DNA of 63,272 nt, the filler included, from Folioceros fuciformis (lineage: Eukaryota): NCBI GenBank assembly GCA_049999805.1. It is 12 parts of 12 records of this genome, joined end to end, with 100 filler letters (N's around TTAATTAATTAA, not from the genome) between each part and the next. Parts side by side here need not be neighbours in the genome. Positions count along the whole stretch, not along the records: positions 1 to 11,318 come from JBNGIO010005262.1; positions 11,419 to 25,384 come from JBNGIO010005264.1; 10 more parts are not named here. One strand, 5' to 3'. The translations under genes and the position numbers were made by a program. The notes under the pieces are model-generated. The model searched no databases and was not told where the DNA came from. It was given only the letters and a program-made list of their open reading frames with translations. Positions within the stretch are counted from its first letter, which is position 1, and each line of letters begins with the position of its first letter. This document shows, piece by piece, positions 1 through 12,974 of the stretch.

Positions 1-33
1 AACATCTTACGTAAATTGAATTCTACTGTGCAG

Positions 34-1973
34 GTGGACTATGGAACTGTTTTCGTATTTCGCATCCTCATGTTTCTCGACAATGGCCTTGCATCTGGCA
101 TGGGGCTGTAAGAGTCATTTTGCTTCCTTCATGGATGCATTTTCGTCTCGCTTCTTTTTTGTTGCAAATCATGTCCTTCATGTCAGACTTGATATGGTGG
201 TTAGCTCAGTGCCACTGTTGAAATGCACTCTTGTTCTGAACATCATGATGTATACGTCAGACTCCGTGCTGTCAGCTCTTAACTGCCGGTCTCTGGAACA
301 TGCAGTGACGCGAGTGAAGCGGAAAGGTCTTTGCGGTTCAAGGGAAGGCTAGCAGTTCTCTCCTGTCTAGCATTCTTCTTGTACCCGTTTCTTTGGGCAT
401 GGACGGTCATTGGAAGCCTATGGTATAAGAGCACCAAAAGCTGTGTAAGTGGCATGGTGCGTGTGTGTAATAGGTAGAATAGCGTTCCTATTCGATGCAT
501 CCATTGGCTTGAGCCTAAGGCTTGCAACCCAATGTCAAATGCTGCACTCCTGTACATAATTTGCACACGTGTGCGATGATGTTGATCCATGTCTTTACTC
601 GAATTCTGATGTGGTAGTGTCCAGCTTTCATTGGACGTCGTGGTTCTGAGAGAGTAGCTAGTTGACACTTTTCTTATCCAATGCATTGCTGTGGATTCAG
701 CTGCCCGAGGATGGTCAAAAATGGGGGTTTCTCATCTGGTTGGTGTTCAGCTATTGTGGGCTCTTCTCCATAGCTTGCATGTCTATTGTCAAGGTTTGCA
801 AACCTCTCTTCTGTTCAATTTGACACTGTTGCTAGCGCTCATCTTAGTTTTATCTTCCGTGCATCAGATGGTGACTCAATGCAGGCTGTTTTCGCGCTCC
901 TTTAGCTAATATAAGTTGATACAAGTGCTGTGCGGACTGCAGTGGTTCATCAGACGGAGATTACGCCTACGCCTTGTCTCTCCAGGCTCTGCTCCAATGT
1001 CTGAGTTTGATGTAAGTGTCTATTCTGACCGCTTCTCTTATAAGTCCGTAGGTATAGCTGTGATCGTCACTTTGGATGTCTGCGTAAACTGTTGGAAGCT
1101 GTTATCAGCACAAATTGAGTGTGGGTGCAGGTTCTTGTTGAGCTGATTCGCGTTCCTCAGTTCGATTTCCGGTCGCCATCAAGCGTCAGCCAGGAGCTTC
1201 CTGTCCGGGCTACTTCAAGCCATGACCTTACAGCTTATCATCCTGGGCTGTATCTTACACCACTTCAGGTTCCAGTTTGGATCATGTTACTTAGCCATGG
1301 GCAAGTCGTTAGGTAGGAGTTCTTCAAGAGAAGGAGCTCAGACTAACTCGATATGTGCCAATGTTGTGGGAATGGCAGAGGGAAGCAGTTGAGGGGCATA
1401 TTCAGTTGCTACCCAAGTTCCGGCTGAAAGCAGTGCCCAGTGACTGCAGTTCATGCCCGATATGCCTTGATGAATTTGAAGTGGGAACTGAGGTAACCTT
1501 TCTTTCATCTCCGTTCACTGACTTTGACCTGGCCCGGTTGCAAGTGCTGCTTCTCCATCCTCTGGACCCTCCTGGATTTTCTGCAGGTACGAGGTTTGCC
1601 ATGTGGGCACAACTTCCACATGGCGTGTATCGACGAATGGCTGCGGCTCAATGTCAAATGCCCACATTGCCGCTCAAATGTTTTCCCTAACTTGGATTTG
1701 GCGAGTCTTGGTCGGCCGGTTACTGCTGCAGCGACGACAACCGATAGTAGTAGAAGAGGAGCGCCTGGGATGGGGACAGTTTTTGTCAGCATGTCAAGTG
1801 GACGTTTCCTGAGGACACAACCCCTCGGCCAGAACAACATGATACGCTTGCAAGACATGTTGCGGACAATCCAGATCGAGTCTGATTTCACAGTCACTGC
1901 CGCTATCTCACAGTCGGATCACCAAAGGGATACTGGCTCCCACGAGAGTAGTCCAAGGCAGCCTGGAAGGTGA
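34..1973 (+). CDS. SIS3: SUGAR-INSENSITIVE 3-like transmembrane RING-H2 E3 ubiquitin ligase (5' end lies outside the window)
   Basis: GT-AG exons at 34-107, 306-444, 701-793, 943-1011, 1131-1268, 1379-1492 and 1587-1973 (TGA). They join to VDYGTVFVFRILMFLDNGLASGMGL...LYPFLWAWTVIG...LPEDGQKWGFLIWL...YHPGLYLTP...LPKFRLKAVPSDCSSCPICLDEF...VRGLPCGHNFHMACIDEWLRLNVKCPHCR, matching recalled plant SIS3 motifs. Confidence 0.93.
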
Positions 1974-2900
1974 AACAGGATGGGTATGGACATTCCGGAG
2001 AACGGACTGAACAGAACTTGTGAATTTCGCTGTTTTGGAACACGCAATACCTTGCAGTTCTGTTCGTGCGTTAAAACAATAATATCTTGGGAGCATACCT
2101 ACACATATGGCTGTCCAAGCAGGTGGCTTCCGACACTGCAGCTGTAGTGAATGAGAGTTAAGATCTGACAACATTCGAGCAATCGGGAGCATAGATTGAA
2201 AGGCACCGGCATTGTCAAAAGGTCCGGATATTTTGAGGACAGTACTTTCCCCGTATCCTGACGAGGCTGTGGTGTCCGTCAACTACGTCACAGTACGTTA
2301 TCTTAACCCAGTCTGATATTCCAAACTCTGATGGCATAAACGATAGTCTGCGTGCAGCAGTTTAGATCAAGACATTAACGAAATGTCGTGGAACTAACTC
2401 ATTACAGTCACAGGCACAGCTAGCTTTGTGCTGCTTAGCTGCAAGCAAAAAAATTAGTAAACGCCAGTCGTTGAACTCCATTCGCACTCATTGTAGTGTA
2501 GAACATACTGCTTGCAAGTGACGAGACAGTCGATTTCGGCTGTGGATGAAGTCCCTCTGATTGCGGATGTTCAAATCGACAAGGCTGGTTACCTTTCCAC
2601 AACATTCGCGATTTATCAGTGACAAGCAGTTAGAACAGGCTGCGAGCGTCTAGACACTTGAAGCTAACACGAAAAAGAACAACCACCACCTCGATCTTGC
2701 ACTTCGCTGACAGCTGTGGAAGGCAAACGACCGGCGGTTCAAGAGCAGAAAGGACGTTTCAGGGGCATCATGGATCTCCGGATGCTGCAACATGTGAGAC
2801 AAAGCAACCAAATCGTAACCGACATAATCATGTGGGCGAGAACCACATTAATAGAAGCCCAACTGATGTGGGTTTGCTTACCTCAAGCAACTTTCAATTG

Positions 2901-5900
2901 TCAGAGGTAGATGTCCCCGGCTTCAACCTTGTCCAACAAGTCCAACCTGTTTCTCCGTTTCCAGTTATGGGCCGATGCCACAAGATTGATCAAACCTACA
3001 ATCTGCGTCTTGGTGTACTCCTGGAAGCGCATGTTACTAACGCCCGTGTATTGGTTCAAGACTTATTCCTTGCACTACAACTCTGCAAATGCTTACCGGA
3101 TGTGTCCTTATCCAATGGAGGTACTCCGTCTCTGGAAGATAGAAAGCCTGTTCAGGACAACCATGTAGCATTCAGAACGTGAGGCCAAATCTAGTGACAA
3201 ACAATGAGCCACGCTTGCACGCAGTTTATCACCCACCTTAATATAAGTTTCCACAATTAGCAAATTTGAACTTAGCCTCGGTGGGGCCAGGTGTCGCAGT
3301 CCATTGATAAGGATCTGTACGCAGTGGACACAAAATCAACCTTGCATTAGCTCATGCACTAATTCGCAAGAAATCTACGTCGATGCACACTTCAACAACC
3401 TACAACCTAGAGAAGCCTCAACGAAGCCTCTCCAAACCTGAAGATCTAGTGACATCAGTGCCCGTCCCTCATTGTTGCATTTCTTCACGCGGGACAATCC
3501 CTCCGTCAAGGTCTCAGCTATTGCGTCAACCGCATAAGCTAACAACAGCTCATGCACCTACAGTTCATTGCATGGCACTGCCAGTTCAATTTCTTGTAGC
3601 ACCCACGTTGCAAATTAACGTTCAGATATAGGTCTGCTTATATTTAGTGGTACCTCCTTTGATAGACCTCCATATGTTATCTTACTAGAGAAGTGCTTGA
3701 ACTCCCCAAGAAGAAGATCAACATGCCTGTCACGATTGAGGCCCCAATTAGAAGCTCATAGGTAGTACACTTCTACATTCAGAAAAACAAACCCATAATG
3801 CCTCTCCTAATTTGGGCTCCAACATTCCAACCTATCTGCCCCCATCATGTGCATACTTTCGTTTGCACACTACTCACCCATTATGTTGAAGGCCAAGGTC
3901 TTTCAATTCCCATTTACAATTGGCAATGCGATCAACGTATCTGTCATTAGGGCATAGTAATGAGATTGCAAAGCGGTATCTCTACTTTCTTGCAAAATGT
4001 ATACAAAGCTTTGAAAGCAGCTTACCCTCCCAGATTTAGAAGCAATTTGACAACGGTTCTGTAAACATGCTCTCTTAAATCAGAAACAGCATCCACCTGT
4101 TGGGTCATGCCATTCAGTGCGAGTGACTAGACTGAAAAGGAATTGGCATGAGCTAAGCATGTGACTGATAGGTAGCGCCAGGGGTGCCAAAAAGTTCAAG
4201 AGACATAACAACGAAAAGGAGAAGGCAACATACCGTCCTGGAATAGAAATGCTCAATTGAGGTCAGACTATCCTGAGGTTGCATTGCTTGAAACCGTACC
4301 CGCAAAGTTCTCATGACACAGGCCAGAGACATCATTGACTCAGTAGCTACAAAGCGTTCCTGAAACATGAAACTCCCACTGTCAGTCGCGCTCTCTAAAC
4401 TCAAAACTGTTCTTTGTTCACAACAACAAGGACGCCACTTGCCTTAAGGGCATAGAGGTTGCCTGCAGACATCATTATTGTCGGACCTAGCTTTCCAGTT
4501 GATGGAGATGAGATCTCTGAACTAATGGAACGACCTGGAGAAGCAGCTTTCGCTTCAGGAATCCTTGCTTGTTGCTCGTCCAGACTTTGCAATATTCTTG
4601 ATAGTGTTGTCCTAAGACGAGCTGTTATTCCTGGAAAATTTAATGACAAATGGTGTGAAGGGAGATACCCATTGTATACATGCAATTTGCCTGTGTCACA
4701 TGATGTAGCGGGCAACAAACGAACCTCCTTCAACTAAATGCACCACTTTCGACACTTACCAGCACTAGGACTCAATTGGCCTTGCACAGCCAGAACATCT
4801 TGCTGGCCGAAAAGTTTGAAGATAGTTAAAAAGTACAGCTCAAATAATTGACACAAGCCCTGAGACACAGAAGAAGCTGTTCAAGATCATTTTGCTTACT
4901 CACGTTGCATACTAGACAGTGCTAGAGCATGTTTCACAAGTGGCCACACCTTAAACACCTCAATTGATATTGGTTGCAAGATATGCATCAACTTCACATA
5001 CCGGTCAATGTACCTGCCAAGGAGCCAAAGTTAGAACCAACCTTCTCAGTAATTTTCCTCACAAAGTCCAACTCGAGTTCAAACACAACGGACAGACCTT
5101 AGGAAACTGACAGAAGAGCCTGTCAGCGTAAATGACTCATAAGCCTGTGGTCTTTCTCTCTGAGTGTCGAGCAAAGAAGTCCTTCTCCGTTCCTGAGATA
5201 CACGGCTAGGCAGCTGACTTTCCTCATCGATAAAATCTGCAAGCAGATCCTCATCGTCCTCATCATCCTCCTGCCCCACGTCTCCTTTTGCTGCCCCATT
5301 TGAGAGGCTATCTGTGTCAGCAGACACATTTCCAGGACCATCTTTTTTAAAGCCTGAACCATATGAAAGTTGAGCCTGCTTCTCATGAAAGGGGTTGCCT
5401 GCTTTGACCCACTCTCCGAAACCTGCATGAGAGCTTCGATCTGAGATAGCCTTTGATTGTTTTCTGATGCTTGGATCAGAGTCCCGTTTCCATATGGCAG
5501 TAGGGGAGAACCCCAGCACTGAAGCACCTTCACTTGTAAGACCAGCTAGATTCACAGTCTTTGTCGCAGCTGGAGAAAGTTGCTGCCATGTCTCTTTATC
5601 CAACATCATACGAAGTACCTGTCAAATGTCCAGACTCAATCATGCCTTCAAAAGGAGAAAGAACCATCCCACAAGCAATGGCAGGACCAAATGCAGACAA
5701 AAAGACCTGAACCAGGCCATTCAACCTCATGATATAGACAGTCTAAAGGAGTTTCACAACTCAAGCTGCTGCACTTTCGTATCACAGAGTAACCACTCAA
5801 GTACGACGAAAAACATGGCGAGATTGATAGCTCACTTCAAGATTCTGCCGATGATACGAGGCAAAGTACTTTTCACTGAGTTTCAAAAGCTTTGACCGTA

Positions 5901-8900
5901 AGGAGATTGCATCAGAACCACTAAATGCTTCTCCAGCTAATATGAACCTGTTCACCCAGTCCAAGCTCTGGAGAAAATGGTGCGGGCTAATTGTGAAAAT
6001 TGCTTCACAAGTAAGAAGTGCAGTAACTCGTTGGGCAGCCAGCTCCCATGCTGCCTTCCGTCCCCTCTCAAGCCCTCGATGAATGATGGCAATGGTATCT
6101 GACCTCATTTGCTGAAATGAGGTCTCAGCCACAGGTGGAACTTCAATCTCAACCTCTGCAATGCCCCTAAGCCCTTGAGGCTCCACCTGTGGGAACCCAT
6201 CCAGCGCACCTTGCGCTGAATATGCACCATTGTTTGCAGAATCCTCCCTCAACCGTCCAGTGCTGCTGGCCTGTCCTAACGAGTCAAGTGGACGGCCTAG
6301 TTCATAAAAGGGACCAACCAGAGGATGCTCCATCCCACCTCGCTACCCAACCACACACACACCCACCCCTGCTCAACCCCTCTTTCCCNNNNNNNNNNNN
6401 NNNNNNNNNNNNNNNNNNNNNNNNNNNNNNNNNNNNNNNNNNNNNNNNNNNNNNNNNNNNNNNNNNNNNNNNNNNNNNNNNNNNNNNNACTGGTTGTAGG
6501 GCCAAGTAACAGCTATAGACAACTTGTCCATAACCACTTCTTAAAACGCAGAACAGGATCAACTGGACTAACCAAATCCCCATGTGAAACAACGAAAGAC
6601 TCACCTGATAAGGGCGCCAGGCCAGCATTTGATAGTATGTACACATCATATCGAACAGGCTCTCCAGAACTTTGCATAGGCACTGCCTAAACTTTCCTTC
6701 GGGTATATGAAGACAAAGCTCGTTGTATGGAAGTCTGCAATGGTAAAACATTCAATTTGCCACAGAGACTATTTTTTCCAGCAACTAGAGGAGTGAACCC
6801 AATAGCTGGAACACAGACCTGTTACGCTTCTGAGCAATTTGCGGTTCCTCGTCCTGTAACAAAGCATCTGTGAAGGTAACTAGCTTGTATTTTTAGACCA
6901 GATCTTGTTGAGGTGCTTCTTCAGAGGACTGCTAAAGGGGACAAGGACATACACGTGATATCTGACACACAAAGCCCAGACCCCACCCTCTTTTCCAAGC
7001 TGACCTGGTTTAGCAAATCCCTGACCAAAGAATGTGTCTCCAGCACAATAATCTGCCCAAATAGATTTTGAATTTTGTCTGCTAAACTAGCCACATCGTC
7101 CATAACGTAGTAGGCATCAAGAACCTGCCAGCCAAGCCAGAACATATCTCAGTCCCAAAATCCATTCCTGAGCCCACCATGTTGTAGCCACCAGAACAAA
7201 ACGAGGCAGTACAATAAAGATCAAGTACATCACCATTCATCATCTTACTCCTGTACAGTAGTAGATAACTCACAGTGGCAAAATGTTCCCCCTGAAACTT
7301 GCGGCAAACACCATGGAGCATGCTGTCAACCTTGTCCATTGTACTTTGAAGCCACACCTAGAATATCAGAGCATCAAAAAAGATACGTTCACAGCTTGCA
7401 GGTGTTCCTACATCACTTCCCCATTACACATATCAAACGCAATAAAACTTCAGGCTGGCATGCTGTTCTCACCATGCCAATGCCCTTACAAACATCTGGA
7501 GCTAATGTGCCTCTATCCTTGGGAGCTGGTACCCACCTCAATACTGTGGTTAACCTCCTTGATTGAAGTAATCTCTGAGCAACTATCAAGAAGAAGCATG
7601 CACTCAGAGCACATCTGCAGAGCCTGTGAATAAAGCATACACAACAATGTCTTGAGAACAAGTGGCGACACTTCAGATTACATGCAACTGTAGAACAGTA
7701 TTGCCCACTTAATGACAAAACATCCCACCTTGGCAAAGTCCCCTTCCTTAGCTGTAGTATCCATCTGTGCCTTAAGCTCCATTATCTGCTGTAAGCGCAC
7801 TAGTATAGGGAGCATGTTCTTCATGAGACACAACCAATGCAAAATGGCTCAGTCGGTGACTCAATGACTGAATCAACACAGCACACTTGTTTGCAGACAT
7901 TTCGCTCGACTACATTCTTGGGTATGTAGATGTCTACAGATGCTCAAGGGCAGATCTATTCCATGCCACACATGAGAGCAGAATAGCAACGGAGCCAAAA
8001 CAGGCCAGAAGATCGAGCATCTAGCGTTCAGGGCTTTGAGGTCTTTGATACTATGTAGGCACAACAGTGCGAATGCAGACGTGCACTTACCATTAGCACC
8101 TGTCTCCTCTTCACATTGTCTGAGATAACGAGGTCCTGAGAGACCTCGTGCATAGCAGACGACAGGTGGCGCCTTCCATTCTGCACAACTATGGGTTACA
8201 TTAGGCGAGACGAGAACTAGAAAGCCCTTACCCTCAAAGCCGTAGCACGACACATACTCTTGAACATTATCACCTTGGTTATAATAGCTGAGACCTGCAT
8301 GTCTCTCTCAAGCTCTGTGACTAGCTGCATTCCCTTCACTGTGCAACAACGACAAGCATGTGAGATTTGGGAGGTGGACGGGAATTGCACGAGCTGCATT
8401 GCGAGCCACGACTCATGGACATTAATCCCACCCATCTCTTCATGATTTTCGATCACTTGCTTTGAGAGCCTTTCCATCAAAAAGTCAAGCTGCCACATTC
8501 TTTGGGCCACCTGCAAAACGCAATCCAGTAGCTTGAGCAAGCAGAGACCACGGCACTAGAGCAAACAGAGGACAAGCCAAGGCAGTGAATACCTGGAAAT
8601 CAATAAAGTTCTGGTTCACCCCTTCGTCGGGAATTTGAGCCAGCGTATGCCGCACAGGATCAAATTCCTACATTGACAGAACAAACAAAACAAACAAGCT
8701 TTACATCATGGACCTCACAATGCATGAGCGGCGTCATTGTCGAGGCGGAGGAAGAAAAGCGCTAACATGAAGAAGCGGAACGTAAAACCATGCATACCCT
8801 CTCGTAGAAGCTGTCCTCCAATTGCACCTCCACTGCCGATCCATTCGCGTCCTGCTCGTGCGCCAACGTGCTAAGGCTCAAATTAGATGACAGACCTGCG

Positions 8901-9080
8901 ATTTGCAGAGCAGGCCGAGCTCCAGAAGGAGTCTGGTCTGACAACTACAAAGTGAAACAACGAGCAGGGAAACAAAGCCAAGCCTTGAGCAAAAATCCGA
9001 TGGCAGAGCCAAAAAAATGAAAGAATATCCGAGGAAGAGGGTGCATTACCATCTCTGCCAGCTGGTGGGTTCTACCATGA
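2901..9080 (-). CDS. VPS50: Syndetin / VPS50 (EARP complex subunit), multi-exon; start codon uncertain (about 9050-9140)
   Basis: Many short exons encode LEDSFYE..FDPVRH, VKGMQLVTELERDMQV, VLDAYYVMDDVASLADKIQ, GLERGRKAAWELAAQRV, FILAGEAFSGS, EDLLADFIDEESQLPSR, EGLSRVKKCNNEGRALMSLDLQ, VETYIK|AFYLPETEYLHWIRTHP|EYTKTQIVGLINLVA. Last exon is 2901-3020, ending in TGA. A 100-N gap lies at 6389-6488. Confidence 0.92.
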
Positions 9081-9709
9081 GAATTCGAGCTCCAAAGCCT
9101 TTGTCCACTTCACCCGCCTAAACACGGCACTCAACCATGATCCAGATCTGGACACAGTTCGAGGTGGGAAAGGAGTGAGCATCTGGTGAACTAGCAATGC
9201 CAGATTACACGAAATCAGCAACCGCACAAAACCAAATTGCTGGCCAGATCTGGTGAAACTGGACCCACAGATGAGGAAGAGCAGATCTGGTCCAGACCAA
9301 GAGTGGAAGCGTGATCCGGTCCGAAAAGATAGAAGATAGGGAGCTGCTTGTGCAACTGCTCAGCAAAGGTGAGTAGCATTCTGCCACTAGAGCTGCTGGG
9401 CTGCGAAACGTCTAGACCAGATTGTCCGCCTGCACAGCAACCGCAACATGGAGCGAAAAGAGCACATCCATCCGCCGATCGTGGACGCCACGGCCGTCTA
9501 CGTATGTATGCTGGGGTCACGTGACACCCGCGAACAATTCGCCCTGTGAGGCTCACCCTGTCACCACGGCTACTCTTCAAATTCGCCAAATTTGGGCAAC
9601 TGCTAAGTACAGCAACGTACTTAGTTCACTCTAAATCCATCCTAACTATGATGGAAATCCAAGAAACAACTAATCGTTTACATGGAACAAGTCCTCCTTT
9701 CTCCAACAA

Positions 9710-9890
9710 GTCCTCCTTTCACTTCCTTTTCTAGTCCTCCTTTCACTTCCTTTTCTAGGGAAGGATTGAAAAAGCCAAGGGTGGGCCAAACTTCTTTTGT
9801 TCGTTTTATAAGGAAAGATTGAAAAAGCCAAGGGGTGGGCCAAACTTCCTTGTCTAGGGAAGGATTGAAAAAGCCAAGGGGTGGGCCTAA
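9710..9890. repeat. Short direct repeats upstream of VPS50
   Basis: Two copies of GTCCTCCTTTCACTTCCTTTTCTA, then three copies of about AGGGAAGGATTGAAAAAGCCAAGGGGTGGGCC at about 9757, 9810 and 9856. Confidence 0.85.
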
Positions 9891-9919
9891 GCCTCAAGCC
9901 TTACATAACTAATATGTGT

Positions 9920-11318
9920 AATAGGTTACTTGCATTGGAAAAGCGCACCTCAGGAGTGCGTCCTATTGTTGTAGGGGAAGTATTTTTACACCTTATCAGC
10001 CGAAGTATCGCAATTCAATTTATGGAGTACTTCCAAGCGCATCTTGCACCCCACCAATTTGGGATTGCTACCCCATGCGAGTGTGAATCTGCAGCTCTCG
10101 ACATCCAGGCGGCCCTTGAGTTACATCCTCACTAGGTAGCTTTGCAGGTTGATATTGAGAATGCTTTCAACATCGTCTCTATGGTCGCCATCTTCTCAGA
10201 GCTCAAGAGTGTAGGAGGTCAACTGGCAAGTCTTATCCCTTTTGTTCGCTCCTTCTATGGCTCGCAATCCAAGCTCTACTACCAACACGGCCCGACTATT
10301 GAAGTGGTCCAGTTTTTGATTCAGCAACAAGCACAAGATGAGGGGATCCGCTGGGGGGTGCTCTTTTTGCAATGGTGCATTTTCGTGCGTTGTCTTCTAT
10401 TGCCTTAGCATTTCGGGAATGCCTTTTCCCTTCTGTGGCTAATGACACTCATATTCTTGGGCAAGGAGTCACAGTCAAAGCAGCATTTGATTTCTTCTCA
10501 TCAGAGCTCTCCAAGGTGGGGTTGCGGGTCAAGCTATTTAAATGCAGGGTTTGGTCCCCTTCAAGCATCACTCTTCAGTATTTGGGGGGGGGGGGGATAT
10601 CACCCCTTGCAGGGACTTCAAGTCTTGGGTGTGCCTGTGGGACCTCTTGATTTTTCTCATAGGTTTGTGGACGAAGCGTTGGATGAAGATTTGGCTCATA
10701 TCATGGACGTCTCACAAATCGGTGATCCTCACATTGCGTTTGGTATCCTTTCTTCTTATTTTGCACGGCGACTAGGTTACCTCACTAGAACTGTTGCGCC
10801 TTCTCCATTTTTCTTATCAAGTCTCAAGAAGTTTGACAATCAAGTTATGCAGGCTCTTGGGAACATCATAGGTCCGAGCACCTTTGAGTGTGTTATCGGT
10901 GATTTGGCTCAAAAGCAGACTTCTTTGCCGGTCGTCTTTGGAGGGGTTGGTCTTTTGGCCATGGAGGTCTCTGCCCCAGCTGCCTTTCTCGGCAGCTGGG
11001 CCCTCTCAGCTCTAATTTTGGCTTCTCGTTTTTTGCTACAAGATTCCCCTATTCTTGAAAGTTTTATTTTAGGTGTTGAGGAGGGCGTTTTCCCTTTACA
11101 GGTGTCTCTTAGGCAAGCGAGGGATTCTCTACCTTTGGAGGCTCGTGAAGCTCTAGCTCCTTTCACCTCTCTTTCTAGGTAAGGGTTGAAGGGTCTCCAA
11201 GCCTCCCTCCTAGAAAAGCAATATGGCCAAGCACTAAGAGCCCTTCTTTCAGACTCATGCATCCCTAGGTCTTCTCGAGCTCGTATTCGATCTTGTTCAG
11301 GTAAAGGAGCGGGCTCTT
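9920..11318 (+). mobile_element. Degenerate non-LTR retrotransposon reverse transcriptase (RT), CRE/SLACS-like clade
   Basis: Fragments in several frames: LLALEK..GVRPIVVGE, PHQFG, LQVDIENAFN, GDPLG, decayed YxDD-type VANDTHILG, VLGVPVG, RLGYLTRT, QTSLPVVFGGVG, RARIRSCSGKGAG. Stops and frameshifts are present; the element is cut by the linker. Confidence 0.75.
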
Positions 11319-11418
11319 NNNNNNNNNNNNNNNNNNNNNNNNNNNNNNNNNNNNNNNNNNNNTTAATTAATTAANNNNNNNNNNNNNNNNNNNNNNNNNN
11401 NNNNNNNNNNNNNNNNNN
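11319..11418. other. Artificial contig linker (44 N + TTAATTAATTAA + 44 N); first of 11
   Basis: The same 100-bp structure, with stops in all six frames, recurs at 25385, 31096, 33695, 38264, 42740, 46571, 50863, 52557, 54045 and 58005. Confidence 0.97.
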
Positions 11419-11589
11419 CTTATATAGAGGTACTAATGGGATAATTTTTTTTATCTAAAATAAAAACTAATGATTATAAAATACGTTAATAATTTAGTTA
11501 AATAGTTTATTATATTATTGTTAGTGTTCCCGTCCGCGATGTGGTTTGTCTTGATAACCACGATTAACTAAGCCACCCCTAGATGCACA

Positions 11590-11816
11590 GGTCCTTGAAG
11601 TCGTGGATGAGCCAACCATTAGTGGTCCTTGAAGTCGTGGATGAGCCAACCATTAGTGGTCCTGCTGGCTCCGAGTTTGAGCAAGGCCTCAGCGGCCTCC
11701 TTCACAAGTGCCTTGTTCCATTGGGATTTGAGGAAGAGACCACCCCACTCTGAAACCGTTCACAAGCGCCTTGTTCCATTGGGATCTGGGGAAGAGACCG
11801 CCCCACTCTGAAACCG
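11590..11816. repeat. Two tandem duplications (34 bp x2 and 58 bp x2)
   Basis: GGTCCTTGAAGTCGTGGATGAGCCAACCATTAGT at 11590 and 11624; TTCACAAG...CTGAAACCG at 11701 and 11759. Confidence 0.9.
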
Positions 11817-12974
11817 ATCGCTAGTATACCTCCCATATCATCTGGATTGTTGAGAGGAGAGGATTGCTTCAGAACTCATAGGACTCTTGCTTCCCCCGAG
11901 CATAGCATCACACCTTGCGGGTAAACTCCCAGACCATGGTAAGAGACTGGAGGTTCCAAGGGAATTAGAACAATCCAAGCTCCCACAACTCCATCTGATC
12001 CCCCGCCGTTGTGATCCAAGGCTCGAAGTTTGGTTATGCCCTAGTTTGGATGTGGTCCTCATCGAGCTTCTAGGGGGTACCTGCTTCAAGGAATTGCTTG
12101 GGCGCCATCTGCGATTGACTAGGCAATCAAGGGCGAGAGGTCTAGGAGGAGGTGGAGAGAGGCGCTTAACCGCAAATAGTCAAGCGTACCATCTTGGGGC
12201 GAGTGGAGGGGAAGGAAACGAGAGCTGTGACGAGGAGGAGGGGCGTCGGAATGGCGTCTGGAAGGAGGCGAGCAGGGAGAGGGAGGAGGCCGGGGCATGG
12301 GGCATAAGCGTTGCACATACCTAGCATAAGAACTTATGCTGCAACCGCTCGGAGTCGGTTATGCCCACGACCACCCATGATGATAGGTACGACGCTAGTT
12401 CAAATGTGCCAGTCCGCCTGCCAATGGCTCCACTCCGGACCACCATACTCATCATGCCGCAGAGTCCAAGAATAGCAAGTGGTTATTAGAATCGGAAATA
12501 ACAAAACAGATTGTCTTTGGTTTGGAGTCTGAAGTGAGAACAAAGGTCCGTCTCCCTTTGAAGCATCGCTCGGATTATTGGAGGGATTCACACCTCCACA
12601 CTTTGAAGCTGGCCATTTGCAAACCTCCTGCATCATCTATATAGTCTAGAGGAGGGGGTTGTCTCGATTCTTGGTAGACTTTTGCTTCCCCTTAGTGTAT
12701 CCTAAAAGGTTGTGGGTGAATTCCCGGACTATTGCTGTGGACTGAATATTCTAGGGGAACTGGAATAGGCGCAACTCCAACTGCTCCATAAGGTCGCCGG
12801 CAGCCACCATCTAGGGTGAGAAGTTAAGGTACGCTCGCGTCTGTATTTGGTTGTTATTAATCTGCCATGGGTTGCCAGCCTTGAGAAACTGCCCTAGCAC
12901 CATCTGTCAAAATGAGGGAGCAGAGCAAGAAAGACCTAGAGTAGGCGAGGCAAGCAAGAATTTGGGGCGCTTGG

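Noticed and set aside
2658-3182. 174-aa plus-strand ORF
   Set aside because: It is the antisense shadow of the last VPS50 exons and 3' UTR, has no ATG start, and shows no recognisable motif.
9757-9890. Three roughly 32-bp repeats with short spacers, resembling a CRISPR array
   Set aside because: The context is eukaryotic, the spacers are short, unequal and related to each other, and there are no cas genes. It is a simple degenerate tandem repeat.
11363-11374. Recurrent palindrome TTAATTAATTAA (11 copies) as a biological repeat or CRISPR-like array
   Set aside because: It is always flanked by exactly 44 N on each side and has stops in all six frames, so it is an assembly linker.
11419-11545. 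Possible Helitron end (AT-rich tract then TTAGTGTTCCCGTCCGCG)
   Set aside because: No complete hairpin or CTRR terminus can be supported.
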